Source of the DNA: Planctomycetota bacterium
GTDB taxonomy: Bacteria; Planctomycetota; SZUA-567; H5-PLA8
DNA length: 60,709 bases
Direction of reading: 5' to 3'
Assembly (NCBI GenBank): GCA_045863855.1
Contig: BTVV01000029.1
Span: 1-60,709 of the forward strand
Below the pieces are notes generated by a model. That model saw only the letters and a program-made list of their open reading frames with translations. It was not told the origin of the DNA and did not search any database. Position 1 is the stretch's first letter. Every line of letters begins with the position of its first letter. The position numbers were made by a program, and so were the translations under genes. Below, in pieces: positions 10,335 to 22,098 of the stretch.

Positions 10335-12848
<2,514 letters not shown>

Positions 12849-13136
12849 ATGGGTTTTGCCTTGCTTCATATAAAGGGTTGATTTTGTGAAGGTTGAGTGA
12901 AGGATAGCCGATCCCGAAGGGGCTGACCGGGATGCGAAACGCTAAAAAATATCATTGGGCCTCGATTGACGCCCTTTTGGTATGGACAGCCAAGCAGGGG
13001 GACGCTACCATTCGGCGTCCAATCAAGGTTGCACCAGAGCAGGACCAGAGTCTGAGCGCGGTTGCGCAGCGGATTCTGAAACGTAGATAAGCGTAGACGC
13101 ATCTCAGCATGCGTTGACCGGAGGGGGCAAACGTAC

Positions 13137-14747
13137 ATGAAGCGTGCCATCGTTTGGGTGCTCAGCCTCGGCGTTTTGGCGGGCCTTTGTGCGCCGTCCG
13201 TACAAGCGGCCTCCAAAGAGGAATTCCAGAAGCTCAAGGACGACTTGAAGAAGCTTCGCGAGCAGATCGAGACGCAGCGGCCGGTCGGTAGCGGTCCGGT
13301 GGGTCAGGCTGCCGCGACCGTCGGCGACAAGTACGGCGAGGGCGGCTTCGGTCCCAACGAAACCGTCATCACCCGCCAAGGCAACCTGAAGATCGGTGGC
13401 TTGGTGCAGGTGTGGTACTACAGCATCCAGAACGACCAGCGCGGTTGGGTCGATCCGGACGCTTCGGCGGATGACACCGATGTCGGCTTCGGCTCCAACG
13501 AAGTCAGCGACAACGACGGCTTCCGCGTGCGCCGCGCGCAGTTGCGCTTTACGATGGACGTTCACGAGAACGTGACGGCCTTCGTGCAGTTCGATAACAG
13601 CCGCGAGGCCTCGTCCTTCCCGAACCTGCCGCAGAACCAGAGTCAAGTGAAGGCCGGCGACGGCACCGCGTTCTACAACGCGGGCGTGACTCCCACGGGC
13701 GGCGCGAACGGCAACTTCAACAACGCCGTCGTGCAGAGCGGTGCGGGCAGCCCGAACTTCACGCTGCAGGACGCTTACATTAATGTGCACGGCATCCTGC
13801 CGCACCACGACATGACGACCGGCCAGTTCCGCCGCCGCTTGGGCGAAGAAGGCGTCCGCGATTCGGGCCAGCTCGATTTCGTCGAACGTGCGATGATCAC
13901 GCAGCTCGCCAACAACCGCGATCTGGGCAGCCAGATTCACGGCTTCTGGTGGGACGACCGCCTGCAGTACTGGGTCGGTGCGTTCAACGGCGCGGGCACG
14001 GCTTTCCAGGCGCATGCCAACCGCGGCGACGACAACGATAACAAGGACTGGGTGGCCTCGATCCTGATCCGCCCGCTCTGGAACAACGAGACCTGGGGCA
14101 GCATCGAACTGGGTTACAGCATCATGTACGGCATCGGCGGCGAAAGCGGCGGGCGCGATGCGGAAAACCTGACCGGCTCCCATGCCGGCGGTCCGGTCGA
14201 TGGCCTGCGCCGCACCAACACCGTCCACAGCCTGCAGTACGCCTACTTGAGCTGGAAGGCCGGCGAAGAGAGCCCGGTATCCGGCTGGTGGATTCGCGGC
14301 GAGTGGGGTCAGTACCGCGACCGCTTCGCCCCCAACGGCGAAGTCGCCAGCAGCACCGCGTTCGCCAACGGTATCGCGTCGCCCGCCGAATTCAACATCG
14401 ACGGCTGGTACGTGGCCACCGGCTACAAGATGTCCGAAAGCGTCTGGGCCGATGGCCTGGATGACGGATGGGGTGCGCATATCCTGAAGCCGATGGAGTT
14501 CACCTTCCGCTACGATGTGATGGATAACCTGTTCTTCCAGGACATGGACAATCCGGACCGCGAACTGGATGTCTTCAAGACCCAGGTCTTCACGGCCGGT
14601 GTCAACTACTACATCAAGGGCCACAACGCGAAGATCCAGGTCAACTACAACTGGGTGCTCGAAGCCGGCGAAGACCAGATCAACGAACGCCAGCTCCGCG
14701 AAGTCCGCAACAACAACCTGGTCGTTAACTTCCAGGTGGCTTGGTAA
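13137..14747 (+). CDS. Outer-membrane porin (phosphate-selective porin O/P-like)
   Basis: Signal peptide, short coiled coil, FRVRRAQLRF, LQDAYIN, LDFVER, RDLG, GVNYYIKGHNAKIQVNY and a C-terminal aromatic residue (FQVAW). Confidence 0.8.
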   Translation: MKRAIVWVLSLGVLAGLCAPSVQAASKEEFQKLKDDLKKLREQIETQRPVGSGPVGQAAATVGDKYGEGGFGPNETVITRQGNLKIGGLVQVWYYSIQNDQRGWVDPDASADDTDVGFGSNEVSDNDGFRVRRAQLRFTMDVHENVTAFVQFDNSREASSFPNLPQNQSQVKAGDGTAFYNAGVTPTGGANGNFNNAVVQSGAGSPNFTLQDAYINVHGILPHHDMTTGQFRRRLGEEGVRDSGQLDFVERAMITQLANNRDLGSQIHGFWWDDRLQYWVGAFNGAGTAFQAHANRGDDNDNKDWVASILIRPLWNNETWGSIELGYSIMYGIGGESGGRDAENLTGSHAGGPVDGLRRTNTVHSLQYAYLSWKAGEESPVSGWWIRGEWGQYRDRFAPNGEVASSTAFANGIASPAEFNIDGWYVATGYKMSESVWADGLDDGWGAHILKPMEFTFRYDVMDNLFFQDMDNPDRELDVFKTQVFTAGVNYYIKGHNAKIQVNYNWVLEAGEDQINERQLREVRNNNLVVNFQVAW

Positions 14748-14769
14748 GTTCCAGTCCGACAGCTTGAAG

Positions 14770-14799
14770 AAACGGGCGGCCCGCAAGGCCGCCCGTTTT
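14770..14799 (+). terminator. Intrinsic terminator after the porin gene
   Basis: AAACGGGCGGCC-CGCAA-GGCCGCCCGTTTT. Confidence 0.8.
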
Positions 14800-14837
14800 C
14801 ATTCCTGAAACGAAGTACGTGAGACGCAGCAGGGGAC

Positions 14838-14865
14838 TTGCACCGGGGCATTCTTGTGGTAAGGT
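14838..14865 (+). promoter_or_regulatory. Putative sigma70 promoter of rpmA
   Basis: TTGCAC-16 nt-TAAGGT with an extended TGn element, about 50 nt upstream of the rpmA start. Confidence 0.4.
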
Positions 14866-14913
14866 GTCGCGCCGCTCGAGTAGACGGGCGCCGAATCTAG
14901 GGAGTGAGCAGTC

Positions 14914-15189
14914 ATGGCACACAAGCAAGGGCAGGGCAGTTCCAAAAACGGACGCGACAGCAATCCGAAGTATCGTGGCGTAAAGGTGTACGGCGGGCAG
15001 GTGGCCAAGGCCGGGAACATCATCGTGCGCCAGGTCGGGACCAAGTTCAAGCCGGGGCGCAACGTGGGCATGGGCCGCGATTTTACGCTCTTCGCGCTGG
15101 CCGACGGCATCGTGACTTTCGATCGCACGGCGCAGCGCCGCGTGCACGTCCTGCCGGCCGTTGCCGCGCAGGCCGCTTCGGGCGACTAA
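14914..15189 (+). CDS. rpmA: 50S ribosomal protein L27
   Basis: [24 protein letters not shown]...GNIIVRQ...[13 protein letters not shown]. Confidence 0.98.
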   Translation: MAHKQGQGSSKNGRDSNPKYRGVKVYGGQVAKAGNIIVRQVGTKFKPGRNVGMGRDFTLFALADGIVTFDRTAQRRVHVLPAVAAQAASGD

Positions 15190-15219
15190 GCCGCAGGCTT
15201 GGCGTCGCAACGCTTTTCC

Positions 15220-15247
15220 AACCCCGGCTTCGGCCGGGGTTTTTTTT
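15220..15247 (+). terminator. Intrinsic terminator after rpmA
   Basis: AACCCCGGC-TTCG-GCCGGGG followed by a run of T. Confidence 0.9.
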
Positions 15248-15332
15248 ATGGGCCGGTGCGGCGGCCTGGGGCTGCTCAAGGCGCGAGCGCGCTAGCCGTC
15301 TCAGCGCTTATCGCCTGGGCGGTTGCCCGGCC

Positions 15333-16160
15333 TTATCCCCGTTCCCAAGCCAGCATGGCCTTCTTGCGTAACGGGCCCCAGCGGTATCCGCCGCAGACAC
15401 CCATCTGAGCCAGGACGCGGTGGCAGGGAATCAGGTACGCCACCCGATTGCGGGCCAGCGCCTGGCCTACGGCGCGCGCCGCCGCGGGCGCCCCCAACTG
15501 CTCGGCCAGATCGCGATACGTGGCCGTACGGCCCGCGGGGATGCGCAGGAGCGCCTGCCAGACGCGCGCTTGGAAGTTGGTGCCCGCCGCGAAGACGCGC
15601 AGCGGCTCGCCGGAGGGCTCACGCGCGAAGATGCGCTCGATGAACGACGCGGTCTCCTGCGGCGCCTGGACCAGCTTCGCGCGCGGCCAAGCCGTTTGCA
15701 GCGCCTCGCGTTCCGCGGCGGCGTACTCGGGCTCGATGAAACTCAAATGGCAGATCCCGCGCTCGGTGACGCCCAGTAGAGCCGTCCCGAAAGGGGTCGG
15801 GTGCAGGCCGCAGCGAATCTCCAACCCCGCGCCGCCGGCTTTGAATTCGCCCGGGGTGACCGCCTCCAGCGTGACGAACAGATCGTGCAAGCGACCGGGG
15901 CCGCTCAGGCCCGCGTCCCAGGCCGCATCCAGCAGGCTGGCCCGTGCGTCCAGGCGCGTCTTGGCCAGTTCGAGCGTCACGATCTGGAGGAAGCGCTTGG
16001 GCGAGATCCCGGCCCAGCGCCGAAAGAGACGCTGGAAGTGAAAGGGGCTCAAGTGGAGGTGCTGGGCGGCTTCGGCCAGCGCGGGCTGCCGAGTCGCGTT
16101 CGCTTCCAAGAAGTGCAGCGCGCGTTCGATGCGCGCGTAATCGGCGGCGGCCTGTTCCAT
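15333..16160 (-). CDS. Ada-type AraC HTH / methylated-DNA--protein-cysteine methyltransferase fusion
   Basis: LSPFHFQRLFRRWAGISPKRF, GTNFQARVWQALLRIP, IPCHRV active site; start taken as MEQAAADY. Confidence 0.92.
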   Translation of the reverse strand: MEQAAADYARIERALHFLEANATRQPALAEAAQHLHLSPFHFQRLFRRWAGISPKRFLQIVTLELAKTRLDARASLLDAAWDAGLSGPGRLHDLFVTLEAVTPGEFKAGGAGLEIRCGLHPTPFGTALLGVTERGICHLSFIEPEYAAAEREALQTAWPRAKLVQAPQETASFIERIFAREPSGEPLRVFAAGTNFQARVWQALLRIPAGRTATYRDLAEQLGAPAAARAVGQALARNRVAYLIPCHRVLAQMGVCGGYRWGPLRKKAMLAWERG

Positions 16161-16390
16161 GTCCGGCACGATACCGCCGGAGCCCGCCCTCGAACCACCC
16201 GATTCTTGCGGACTTTGGGGTCTTAGATCCGCTCGCAAAGCCAGCGTCGAGGCGGCTGCGCCGCGCCGGTCAAGCGGGACCAAGAAGGCGCAGAAGCCGG
16301 ATCGGGACGAGCATCCGGCGCCTGAACCTGCTGACGTCCCGCGAAGCACCGCCGCAAGCAGACGACCGATGCTGCTTTGGTGAATGGCTC

Positions 16391-17638
16391 TTACTTGCCC
16401 GCGCGCTGGTGGCGATATACCCAGGTGTTCGCGCCGCGGCTGATGACCAGTACGTTGCGCGCTTCGTCGAAGTAGCCGATCGTGCGGCCGCCTTCCGGGC
16501 AGACCGGCCCCGAGGGCTTGACCGAGGTCCATTTCTTGGCGTCCGGATCGTAGGCCCAGACCGTGTCCAGGTTCTTGCTCTCGAAAAGCAGCGCCTGCTT
16601 CGAGACCGTATCGAAGTACATCACGCTCCGCGCGTCGTGCCCCAGCGGCGCCTCGGCGCTCTCCTTGCCGGGATCGAGCACCTTGGTCCACTTATGCGTG
16701 GCGAGGTCGTAGTGGTGGGTGGAGCGGTGGTGCGACTGCGCGATGACGATTTTCCGGCTGGGGTCGTAGCAGGTGAGCGACTCGTTGTCGGGCGCTTCCT
16801 TGTCGGGTTTGGCGAGCTGCGTCCAGGCGTTCTTGCCGTGGTCGTAGAGCCACGCGCCGGCGGCGTCCCAGCTTCCGCTGAGAAAGAGCGCTCCGCCCAA
16901 GTCAGGCACGTATTCCATTTGCTTGGCGTACCCGATGCGCGGGTAAGGACCGGGCGAAAGGACCAGCTTCCACTGTTTCTCCGCCGGATAAAAGGCCCAC
17001 ATCGGCGGACCGCGGTAGATCCCTTCCTTGCTGCCGGTCGTCTTTTCGATGTACGCTCCGGGCGAGGAACCGATGGGCACGTTCATCCACAGGCCGGCTT
17101 TCATCTGCGGATGGTAGCAGAAGGCCCACCACGTATGCCCGTAATGCGTGGGTCCGCCGCGCTGAGTCTGGACGAACTTCACCTTCTCGCTCGTGCCCGG
17201 GATCTCGCCCTCCTTGATCTCCATCACGCCGGCGGCGTTGTGCGGGTCGGGCGCGAAGAGCAGCGCCCAGGTGTTGGAGAGCAGGTCGTACTCCCACGCG
17301 TCGTTGACGCGGTGCGGGCTGCCGTGATTCGCGCCGCAGAAGAGCGCGCGGCGGCGTTCGGGCATCCAGACGGCTTTGTTCGTGTAGTCGCGCCCGTTGG
17401 GCCCGCGTTTATCCATGTAATGCTCTTTGCAGAGCGCATTGATCGGGCCGACCACCTTTAAGGGCGCCAGCACCGCGGAGCTTCGATCGCCCAGCGCCTC
17501 CAGCGTCGCGACGATTTGCGGATCGGGCGGCAGGGCGGGGTCCAACGCGGTCTGTGCCGTCGCGGCGGAAGCGGCTGCTTGAGCCTGCGCGAATCCGCAG
17601 AAAGTGGCCAAGATCAGAGCGATTCCCAATCGAGTCAT
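16391..17638 (-). CDS. Secreted Kelch-like beta-propeller protein
   Basis: Signal peptide (MTRLGIAL...AQA) and repeated W-x-Y-D...W blades (WEYDLLSNTW, WLYDHGKNAW, WAYDPDAKKW). Confidence 0.7.
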   Translation of the reverse strand: MTRLGIALILATFCGFAQAQAAASAATAQTALDPALPPDPQIVATLEALGDRSSAVLAPLKVVGPINALCKEHYMDKRGPNGRDYTNKAVWMPERRRALFCGANHGSPHRVNDAWEYDLLSNTWALLFAPDPHNAAGVMEIKEGEIPGTSEKVKFVQTQRGGPTHYGHTWWAFCYHPQMKAGLWMNVPIGSSPGAYIEKTTGSKEGIYRGPPMWAFYPAEKQWKLVLSPGPYPRIGYAKQMEYVPDLGGALFLSGSWDAAGAWLYDHGKNAWTQLAKPDKEAPDNESLTCYDPSRKIVIAQSHHRSTHHYDLATHKWTKVLDPGKESAEAPLGHDARSVMYFDTVSKQALLFESKNLDTVWAYDPDAKKWTSVKPSGPVCPEGGRTIGYFDEARNVLVISRGANTWVYRHQRAGK

Positions 17639-17662
17639 GTTTTGCTTCCTCCGTGCCTGCAC

Positions 17663-17809
17663 GTCATCAATACCCCGGCGTAAATGTCATTAATTTCAGT
17701 TCTCGAGCTTATATGGACGACGTTTAGTTTCATAAATTTCGCTTTAACAATAGTTTATGGTTGAACTTTATGCGTAATCAATAAAAATGAGTGTCATTAA
17801 AGTCATTAA
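17663..17809. promoter_or_regulatory. AT-rich divergent promoter region with repeated GTCATTAA boxes
   Basis: GTCATTAA at 17686, 17793 and 17802, plus GTCATCAA at 17663. Confidence 0.55.
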
Positions 17810-17824
17810 TTCGGAACTCGCTTC

Positions 17825-18925
17825 ATGAACGCCTTCGCCAGCCAAGTGCAGGCTGCTAAAGAGCGCATGCGGGGCCTGGTTTTCCGGGGCGAGCTGCCGG
17901 AAGGCACGGTCATCCGCGAGGACGATTTGCGCCGCGAGCTGGGCGAGTCGGTCCGGGTGGTCCGCCAAGCGCTGCGGGAACTGGCGCGCGAAGGGTTCCT
18001 GATTCGCAAGCCGCGCGTGGGTACGGTCGTGGGTGGCGCGGCCAGCGCCGGACGGCTGCTTCCGCGCATGCGGTCGGTCGGCATCCTGACGGGGTACCGC
18101 GAGCGCGCGCTGAAGACCGATCTGTTCATGGCTCGCGTGGCCTACGGCATCGAAAAATCGCTGCTGGCGCCGCGCCAAGTCACGATCTTTGCGCAAAACT
18201 CCGCCAGCACCGGCGGCGTGGACGATCCGCCGCGCCTGGTGCCCGACGAGACCAAGCGCCGCGTGCAAGGCGTGATCGCACTGGAGGCCAACCATACGCC
18301 GTCGCTGAACCAGTTGGTTGCCGCGGGGCTGCCGGTGGTGGCCGTCGATTACTACGATCCGGCCGGGGCGTTCGATGTCTCGGCCGTCGACCATCAAGGC
18401 GCGGGGTACGCGGCGGCGGCGCATTTGCTGCGCCTCGGCCACCGCCGTATCGCCTTTGCCGGCGAAGGCCCGCGCGCGGGCAGCAGCGATCCCACCTGGC
18501 AGGATCGCCTGATGGGCTACCTGCGCGCCATGGCCGAATCGGGGCACCTGCACGCGCAGCCGCTGGTCTTCGACATCCGCTTTCGCACGCACCGGCATAT
18601 CCCGGCTGAGCTGCCCGCATGGCACCGCGCGCAGACGCCGAGCGCTTACGTACTCTGCTCCAGCCGCTCCGCGCCCTTCGTGCTCGAAGCACTGGGTACG
18701 CTGGGCCTGCGCTGCCCGCACGACATCAGCCTGGCCTGCGCCGACGGGACGCTCGTCGAAGCCCCCGGCCGCCTGCGCCTTTCGCGCCTGCGCGTCGATT
18801 ACGAGGATCTGGGCGAGAACGCGGTCCGCCTGCTCAACGCCCGGCTGGCCTGCAAAGACGCGCCGCCCGTGCGCGCGATCCTGCCGGTCGATTTCGAAGC
18901 GGGGGACAGTTCGCGGGCGGTCTGA
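17825..18925 (+). CDS. GntR-HTH plus LacI-type effector-domain regulator (AraR-like)
   Basis: VVRQALRELAREGFLIRKPRVGTVV; DHQGAGYAAAAHLLRLGHRRIAF; LRCPHDISL. Confidence 0.88.
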   Translation: MNAFASQVQAAKERMRGLVFRGELPEGTVIREDDLRRELGESVRVVRQALRELAREGFLIRKPRVGTVVGGAASAGRLLPRMRSVGILTGYRERALKTDLFMARVAYGIEKSLLAPRQVTIFAQNSASTGGVDDPPRLVPDETKRRVQGVIALEANHTPSLNQLVAAGLPVVAVDYYDPAGAFDVSAVDHQGAGYAAAAHLLRLGHRRIAFAGEGPRAGSSDPTWQDRLMGYLRAMAESGHLHAQPLVFDIRFRTHRHIPAELPAWHRAQTPSAYVLCSSRSAPFVLEALGTLGLRCPHDISLACADGTLVEAPGRLRLSRLRVDYEDLGENAVRLLNARLACKDAPPVRAILPVDFEAGDSSRAV

Positions 18926-18931
18926 AGCGTG

Positions 18932-18966
18932 AAAAAAAGCCCGCGCCGAATCGATCGGCGCGGGCT
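18932..18966 (-). terminator. Intrinsic terminator after fusA
   Basis: Plus strand AAAAAAAGCCCGCGCCGA-ATCGA-TCGGCGCGGGCT gives a hairpin followed by a U-tract on the minus strand. Confidence 0.85.
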
Positions 18967-18993
18967 CGAAGACCTTCGCGAAAGAAATCCGGC

Positions 18994-21129
18994 TTAGCGG
19001 CGGCCGCCTTCCTTTTCGCCGTCGCCGACGATTTCCTTGTACTTGCTGCGCGGCACGGGCTCGTAGCCGAACGGCTCCATGCTGTAGCTCGCGCGCCCGC
19101 TGGACAAGCTGCGGCAGGCGTTGGAGTAGCTGAACATTTCGGCCAGCGGACACTTGGCGCGGACGACCTTGAGGTGGCCGCGGTCGCCCAGTTCGGTGAT
19201 CACCGCGCGGCGGCTCTGCAAGTCGCCGATGATGCTGCCCATGTATTCCTCGGGCGTGACGACTTCGACGTTCATGATCGGCTCGAGCAGGATCGCGCCG
19301 GCTTTGCGCGCGGCTTCCTTGTAGCCGATGCTGCCGGCCATTTCGAAGGCGAGATCCGAGCTGTCCACTTCGTGGTATTTGCCGTCGAGCAGCGTGATCT
19401 TGATGTTGATGGTCGGGTAACCGCCGATGATGCCGGTGAAGGCCGCGCCACGCGCGCCGCGTTCGACGGACGGGATGAATTCGCGGGGAATCGAACCGCC
19501 GACGATCTCGGACTCGAAGAGCACGCGATCGGGCTCGTCGTTCGGGAACGGTTCGAGCTTTAGGTAACAGACGCCGTACTGGCCGCGGCCGCCCGACTGC
19601 TGCACGAACTTGCCTTCGGCCTCGGCTTCGGCGGTGAGCGTCTCGCGGTAACTGACGCGCGGCGAACCGACGTTGGCGTCGACGCCGTGCTCGCGCATCA
19701 GCTTCGACTTGATGATTTCCAGGTGCAGTTCGCCCATGCCCGAAATGATGAGCTGGCCGGTCTCGTTGTTGAACTTATGCGTGAACGTCGGATCTTCCTT
19801 GGCCAGCTTGGACAGGCCGATGGCCAGCTTGTCCTTGTCGCTGTTCGTCTTGGGCTCGATAGCCATCGAGATGACGGTGTCGGGGAACTTGGGCGGTTCC
19901 AAAAGGACCGGCTTGTCTTCGCTGCAGATCGTGTCGCCGGTGTAGGTGTACTTGAGCCCGCCGGCGGCGACGATGTCGCCCGCCACGGCCTTATCGAGCG
20001 GCTCGCGTGCGTCGGCATGCATCAGGAAGAGCCGGTCCACGCGCTCTTTCTTGTCCTGCGTCGCGTTGAAGAGCTTGTCGCCCTTGTTCAGCGTGCCGGA
20101 GTAAATGCGCAGGAAAGTCAGGTCGCCGAATTTGTCGTAGATGGTCTTGAAGGCCAGCGCGGTGAGCGGCTGGTCGGGGTAGGGCTTGCGTTCGATTTCC
20201 TTCGAATGGTCTTCCGGATCGAGTCCGATCGTGGGCTTGGCTTCCAGCGGAGAGGGCAGGTACGCCACCACGGCGTCGAGCAGGCGCTGCACGCCGATGT
20301 AGTGGTAGGCGCTGCCGCAGAGGACCGGGACGGCCTTGCCGGAGCAGACGACGCGACGCAACGCGGCCGCGAGCTGGTCGTTGTCGGGTTTCTCGTCGGC
20401 GAGGAACATCTCGCCCATCTTCTCGTCGTCGTCGGCCAGGAGCGTGAAGAGTTCGTCGCGGCGCATGTTGGCCTCTTCGAGGAACTCGGGCGCGACGTCC
20501 ATCTCCTCGACCTTCTGGCCCTTGGAATCCTTGTCGAAGACGAACTGGCGCATCTGGACGAGGTTGATCACGCCGGTAAAGCTGTGCTCCTTGCCGATGG
20601 GCATTTGGATGGGCAGGGCCTTGCCGCCCAGGCGCGTCTTGATCTGCTCGACGACATTCCACATGTCCGCGCCGACGCGGTCCATCTTGTTGATGAAGCA
20701 CAGCCGCGGGACGTTGTAGCGGTCGGCCTGGCGCCAGACGGTTTCGGACTGCGCTTCGACGCCGTCCACGCCGCTGAAGACGACGACCGCGCCGTCGAGC
20801 ACGCGCAGCGAACGCTGCACCTCGGCCGTGAAGTCGATGTGGCCGGGCGTGTCGATGATGTTGATGTTGTAGCCCTTCCAGTGGCAGCTCACCGCGGCCG
20901 ACGTGATCGTGATGCCGCGCGCGCGCTCTTCGGGCATGTAGTCGGTGGTCGTGGTCCCTTCGTGGACCTCGCCCATCTTGTGCTGCTTGCCCGTGTAGTA
21001 CAGGACGCGCTCGGTCAGCGTCGTCTTGCCCGCGTCGATGTGCGCGATGATGCCGATGTTGCGCAGCAGCATGATCGCCTGCTCGGCCTTCGAAAGCTCG
21101 GGCGCCGAAGTCGTCTGGGGGGCCGCCAT
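18994..21129 (-). CDS. fusA: Elongation factor G
   Basis: [53 protein letters not shown]; lies downstream of rpsG. Confidence 0.97.
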   Translation of the reverse strand: MAAPQTTSAPELSKAEQAIMLLRNIGIIAHIDAGKTTLTERVLYYTGKQHKMGEVHEGTTTTDYMPEERARGITITSAAVSCHWKGYNINIIDTPGHIDFTAEVQRSLRVLDGAVVVFSGVDGVEAQSETVWRQADRYNVPRLCFINKMDRVGADMWNVVEQIKTRLGGKALPIQMPIGKEHSFTGVINLVQMRQFVFDKDSKGQKVEEMDVAPEFLEEANMRRDELFTLLADDDEKMGEMFLADEKPDNDQLAAALRRVVCSGKAVPVLCGSAYHYIGVQRLLDAVVAYLPSPLEAKPTIGLDPEDHSKEIERKPYPDQPLTALAFKTIYDKFGDLTFLRIYSGTLNKGDKLFNATQDKKERVDRLFLMHADAREPLDKAVAGDIVAAGGLKYTYTGDTICSEDKPVLLEPPKFPDTVISMAIEPKTNSDKDKLAIGLSKLAKEDPTFTHKFNNETGQLIISGMGELHLEIIKSKLMREHGVDANVGSPRVSYRETLTAEAEAEGKFVQQSGGRGQYGVCYLKLEPFPNDEPDRVLFESEIVGGSIPREFIPSVERGARGAAFTGIIGGYPTINIKITLLDGKYHEVDSSDLAFEMAGSIGYKEAARKAGAILLEPIMNVEVVTPEEYMGSIIGDLQSRRAVITELGDRGHLKVVRAKCPLAEMFSYSNACRSLSSGRASYSMEPFGYEPVPRSKYKEIVGDGEKEGGRR

Positions 21130-21425
21130 GGTTAACGTGCTCCTGTTGCGAGTGCCTGAATCCCGGGATCGACACCGATGCGGCGCATTTCGTGACCTTC
21201 CCCGCGGGCGTTCACGAACATGCCCACGGGCGCCCTGGCGAACCGGCCAGGGGCCGTTGCCCGCTGCCTCTCGTCCTCGACTCGGGATACGGCTGCCGCT
21301 CGTGCGGTGACCTAGATCCGGGAATGGGATGCGTGAAGGAAGGGGCTGACGAGGAAACTTATGCGCTCATCGTAGGTTCCAAACCTCCCACGCCGGACGG
21401 TCCCGGTGCCGTCCAAGCAAGGCCA
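21130..21425 (-). promoter_or_regulatory. Candidate structured 5' leader of fusA with a 3-codon upstream ORF
   Basis: Several hairpins; long-range pairing of 21323-21315 with 21170-21161; GGAGG at 21388-21384 precedes ATG AGC GCA TAA (21370-21359). Confidence 0.5.
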
Positions 21426-21428
21426 AAA

Positions 21429-21456
21429 AATATACCGACGCCTAACTTAAAGGCAA
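21429..21456 (-). promoter_or_regulatory. Putative sigma70 promoter for fusA
   Basis: Minus strand TTGCCT-16 nt-TATATT just downstream of the rpsG terminator. Confidence 0.55.
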
Positions 21457-21481
21457 CCCTAATCTTGCCGCGGCGGAACTC

Positions 21482-21510
21482 AAAAAAAACGCCCTCGCAG
21501 GGCGAGGGCG
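21482..21510 (-). terminator. Intrinsic terminator between rpsG and fusA
   Basis: Minus strand CGCCCTCGC-CCT-GCGAGGGCG-TTTTTTTT. Confidence 0.85.
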
Positions 21511-21534
21511 GTCGATTCGGTTCGCGAGGACGGC

Positions 21535-22053
21535 TTAGAACGCGAAGTGCGAGAAGGCCTTGTTCGCTTCGGCCATCTTGTGCGTATTCTCGCGCTTGGT
21601 GATGGCCGCGCCTTCCTTCTTCTGAGCGTCCATGAATTCGCCGGCCAGCCGCTCGGCCATCGGGCGGCCCTTCTTGCCGCGGGTGGCTTCGAGAATCCAG
21701 CGGATCGCCAGGCTCTGCGCGCGCTTGCGACTCACTTCGATCGGGACCTGCCACGTCGCGCCGCCGACGCGCCGCGACTTGACCTCGACCATCGGCTTCA
21801 CGTTGTCCAGCGCCGCGTGGAAGACTTCCAGCGGGCTCCCGTTCGTGCGCTTCTGGACGATGTCCATCGCTTCGTAGAAGAGGTTCTGGCTCTTCCCGCG
21901 CTGGCCGCTGTACATCATGCAATTGATGAACTTGGTCACCAGCAGGTCGTTGAAGCGCGGATCGGGCTTCAGGCCGCGGCCCGTAACCCGGATATGCTCC
22001 GGCAGCGCCGGAACTTCTTTCCGCTCTTCGCGTTTCTTCCTCATGAAAGCCAT
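21535..22053 (-). CDS. rpsG: 30S ribosomal protein S7
   Basis: PDPRFND, NVKPMVEVKSRRVGGA, LAIRWI, HKMAEANKAFSHF. Confidence 0.97.
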   Translation of the reverse strand: MAFMRKKREERKEVPALPEHIRVTGRGLKPDPRFNDLLVTKFINCMMYSGQRGKSQNLFYEAMDIVQKRTNGSPLEVFHAALDNVKPMVEVKSRRVGGATWQVPIEVSRKRAQSLAIRWILEATRGKKGRPMAERLAGEFMDAQKKEGAAITKRENTHKMAEANKAFSHFAF

Positions 22054-22098
22054 CTTGTTTGCTGCTCCCTACGGTATGGTCCTGGGTTTCGTTCCGGC

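Noticed and set aside
12849..13136. Riboswitch or DnaA boxes upstream of the porin
   Set aside because: Only weak hairpins; no recognisable aptamer core or TTWTNCACA match.
13104..14786. Long antisense ORFs (13104-14786, and likewise 10281-12116, 30447-32141, 45982-47634, 49457-51445)
   Set aside because: They mirror well-supported genes on the opposite strand, as expected at high GC, and carry no motifs.
16161..16691. N-terminal extension of ORF 15333-16691
   Set aside because: It overlaps the beta-propeller gene out of frame; Ada-type similarity begins at MEQAAADY.
21192..21602. 136-aa plus-strand ORF in the rpsG-fusA spacer
   Set aside because: No motif; it runs through the terminator and overlaps rpsG antisense. 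The spacer is better explained as promoter plus leader.
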